Positions 62,361 to 64,000 of a stretch of DNA of 64,000 nt are shown here, one piece after another. The notes beneath the pieces were generated by a model. The model worked only from the letters and a program-made list of their open reading frames with translations, was not told the DNA's origin and ran no database searches. The stretch covers positions 128,001-192,000 of the forward strand of contig CBDCMT010000001.1 of the NCBI GenBank assembly GCA_965219095.1, given 5' to 3'. Made by a program: the position numbers and the translations under genes. The stretch is from Bdellovibrionales bacterium. GTDB taxonomy: Bacteria; Bdellovibrionota; Bdellovibrionia; Bdellovibrionales; UBA1609. How positions within the stretch are numbered: position 1 is the stretch's first letter; each line of letters opens with the position of its first letter.

Positions 62361-62872
62361 TACCATTTCCAAAAAATAATTCGACATTTTTTAACGCATA
62401 GCATCCTGGCTTTTTGATCAAACTCTGTTAAATTTTTAAAGTGTCAAAAAAGATTTAGTCACAAAGATTGTCCTGACTTCGACACAACACACTGCAACAA
62501 GTGAATAATTTCAAATAGTTACAATTTTTGGGGCCACAGGAAAGGGTTTTTTAAAGGTCGACAGATGTTGTGGGAATGAGGCTCATAGAAGAGTTTCTTT
62601 TAAGCGAAAAAGCACTATAAATTTCTTCTACTTCCTTTGTACAACCTGAGGGAAGGCGATAAAGTTTTTTCGTCTTTTTTTCTTCTAAAATACTGTACTG
62701 ATCTCTTTTTAAGATCTTTCTCATTCTTTCAAAGCTTAAATTAAGTCCTGCTTGTTTGAGTTTATAAACCATTGTGTAAGAGATCGCATAGGCTAAAAAA
62801 CAAATGGCAATGTGAGTTTCTATTCTTCTTTTTTTCCAATGATAAACAGGCCTCATCTTTAACGTCGTCTTA
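62361..62872. mobile_element. IS630 type-B left-end remnant (62361 to about 62470) and IS1634 right-end remnant (62472-62872)
   Basis: TACCATTTCC...; CCTGACTTCGACAC; RPVYHWKKRRIETHIAICF. Confidence 0.9.
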
Positions 62873-64000
62873 TACCATTTCCAAAAATTAATTCGACATT
62901 CTTTTAACGTATTGCGTCCTGGCTTTTTGATAAAACTCTGCTACATTTTTAGAGTCATGTCGAAAAAAGATTTAGTTACACAGATTCAAGGGTTAATTTT
63001 CTAGCTACTTACAAAGTAGAAAGAAGTGCCAACATCAAGACAAAATTATTGGCTTTGCAGCATATGCAAGAAGGAAAATCGATTCAAGAAACAGCAGGTA
63101 TGGTTTTGTATCACCGTCACAGTATCAAATCTTGGTTACAGTCTTTTGTAGACTTTGATTACGAGGGATTGATAGATCGAGAAGGCAGAGGACGCAAGCC
63201 TCGTTTGCCAGTGACAGAAGAAGAGAACTTCAAAATCAAGTTAGATGAAATTCAAGACAAAAGAGAGGGAGGAAGCATAGGAGCAAAGGAAATACAGAAA
63301 CTTTTAGCAGATGAATTTGACTGTTGCTATTCTCTTTCTGGGGTTTATGTTTCTTTAGACCGTCTTAATATTGTATGGATCAGTGGTCGTTCTCTTCATC
63401 CTAAAAGTTCATTAAGAAGCTATGGAACAGTTTAAGGAACATTTTCCAGAAGAGGTGGAGAAAATAAAAGAAAAGATTCAGACTCATAAAATAGAGATTT
63501 GGTGGCAGGATGAATGCAGAATAAGCTCAGCAAGGTTCTTTGAGCAGGATTTGGGCAAGAAAAGGCACACGGCCTAGAGTTGTGAGGCAAAGACAATTTT
63601 TATCCACTTATATTTTTGGAGCAGTTTGTCCGGATAAAGATAAAGGCTGTGCTTGGATTTTACCGGAATGTAATTCAGGGATGATGCAAATTCACTTAGA
63701 TGAGATATCTAAAAATATTCAAGAAAACTATCATGGAATTGTTTTAATGGACAGAGCCAGTTGGCATACCACAGAGACTTTGATAGTTCCTAAGAATTTA
63801 TCCCTGATGCCTTTACCTCCTTATAGTCCAGAATTAAATCCCATGGAACAAGTCTGGCAACAATTACGAAGGATCAAATTATCGAATGCATGTTTTAAAA
63901 ACTATGACCATATAGTGAATACTTGTTGTGAGGCCTGGAATACTTTTTGCGATCAGGAGGGCAGGATTAAAAAATTATGCACTCGATCTTGGGCAAAACA
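62873..64000 (+). mobile_element. IS630 type-B element, copy 3 (runs off window end; extra indel near 62993)
   Basis: Near-identical to 55554+; preceded by TTA within IS1634. Confidence 0.92.

Noticed and set aside
62361..62404. MLCVKKCRIIFWKWY as the recombinase N-terminus
   Set aside because: Encoded by the IS630-B end; the same peptide appears in the 55361-55615 ORF

Overview
AT-rich bacterial chromosome segment, most likely from a Bdellovibrionota/Bdellovibrionales-like organism (inferred from 16S signatures such as GCGGTAAGAC and AAACTCAAAGAAATTGACGG, a FabMG-type reductase and a cheY-cheX-cheA-like cassette). Intact housekeeping blocks: sufE, cca, queG, hutG, fabMG, trpS, msrQ/msrP, mscS, sucA-sucB-lpdA, mutS, mpl-ldcA-ampD-purF, hutI-glpK, sodB, murJ/rpsT, an AGCS transporter, tRNA-Asn/Gly/Ile and a 16S rRNA. 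By my manual tally about one third of the window is insertion-sequence DNA: IS1634, two IS66 types, IS982, IS481, two IS630 types, ISL3, IS3, IS5 and IS256. It is mostly nested, truncated or frameshifted, and only the IS5 transposase is an uninterrupted ORF. Most notable: (1) HutI is fused in frame to a C-terminal Flp/Tad-type pilin with an intact KG|QIAIEY prepilin-peptidase motif; (2) the 16S-tRNA-Ile unit has no 23S behind it, and a large-serine-recombinase remnant reads into tRNA-Ile; (3) part of a secreted trypsin-like protease gene is duplicated between IS66 ends; (4) 38-bp ISL3 micro-elements; (5) an unannotated 53-aa secreted peptide behind a sigma54-type promoter; (6) a 7.9-kb nested IS stack splitting one gene. 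No CRISPR array was seen. All family calls come from motif recognition by eye, not database searches.
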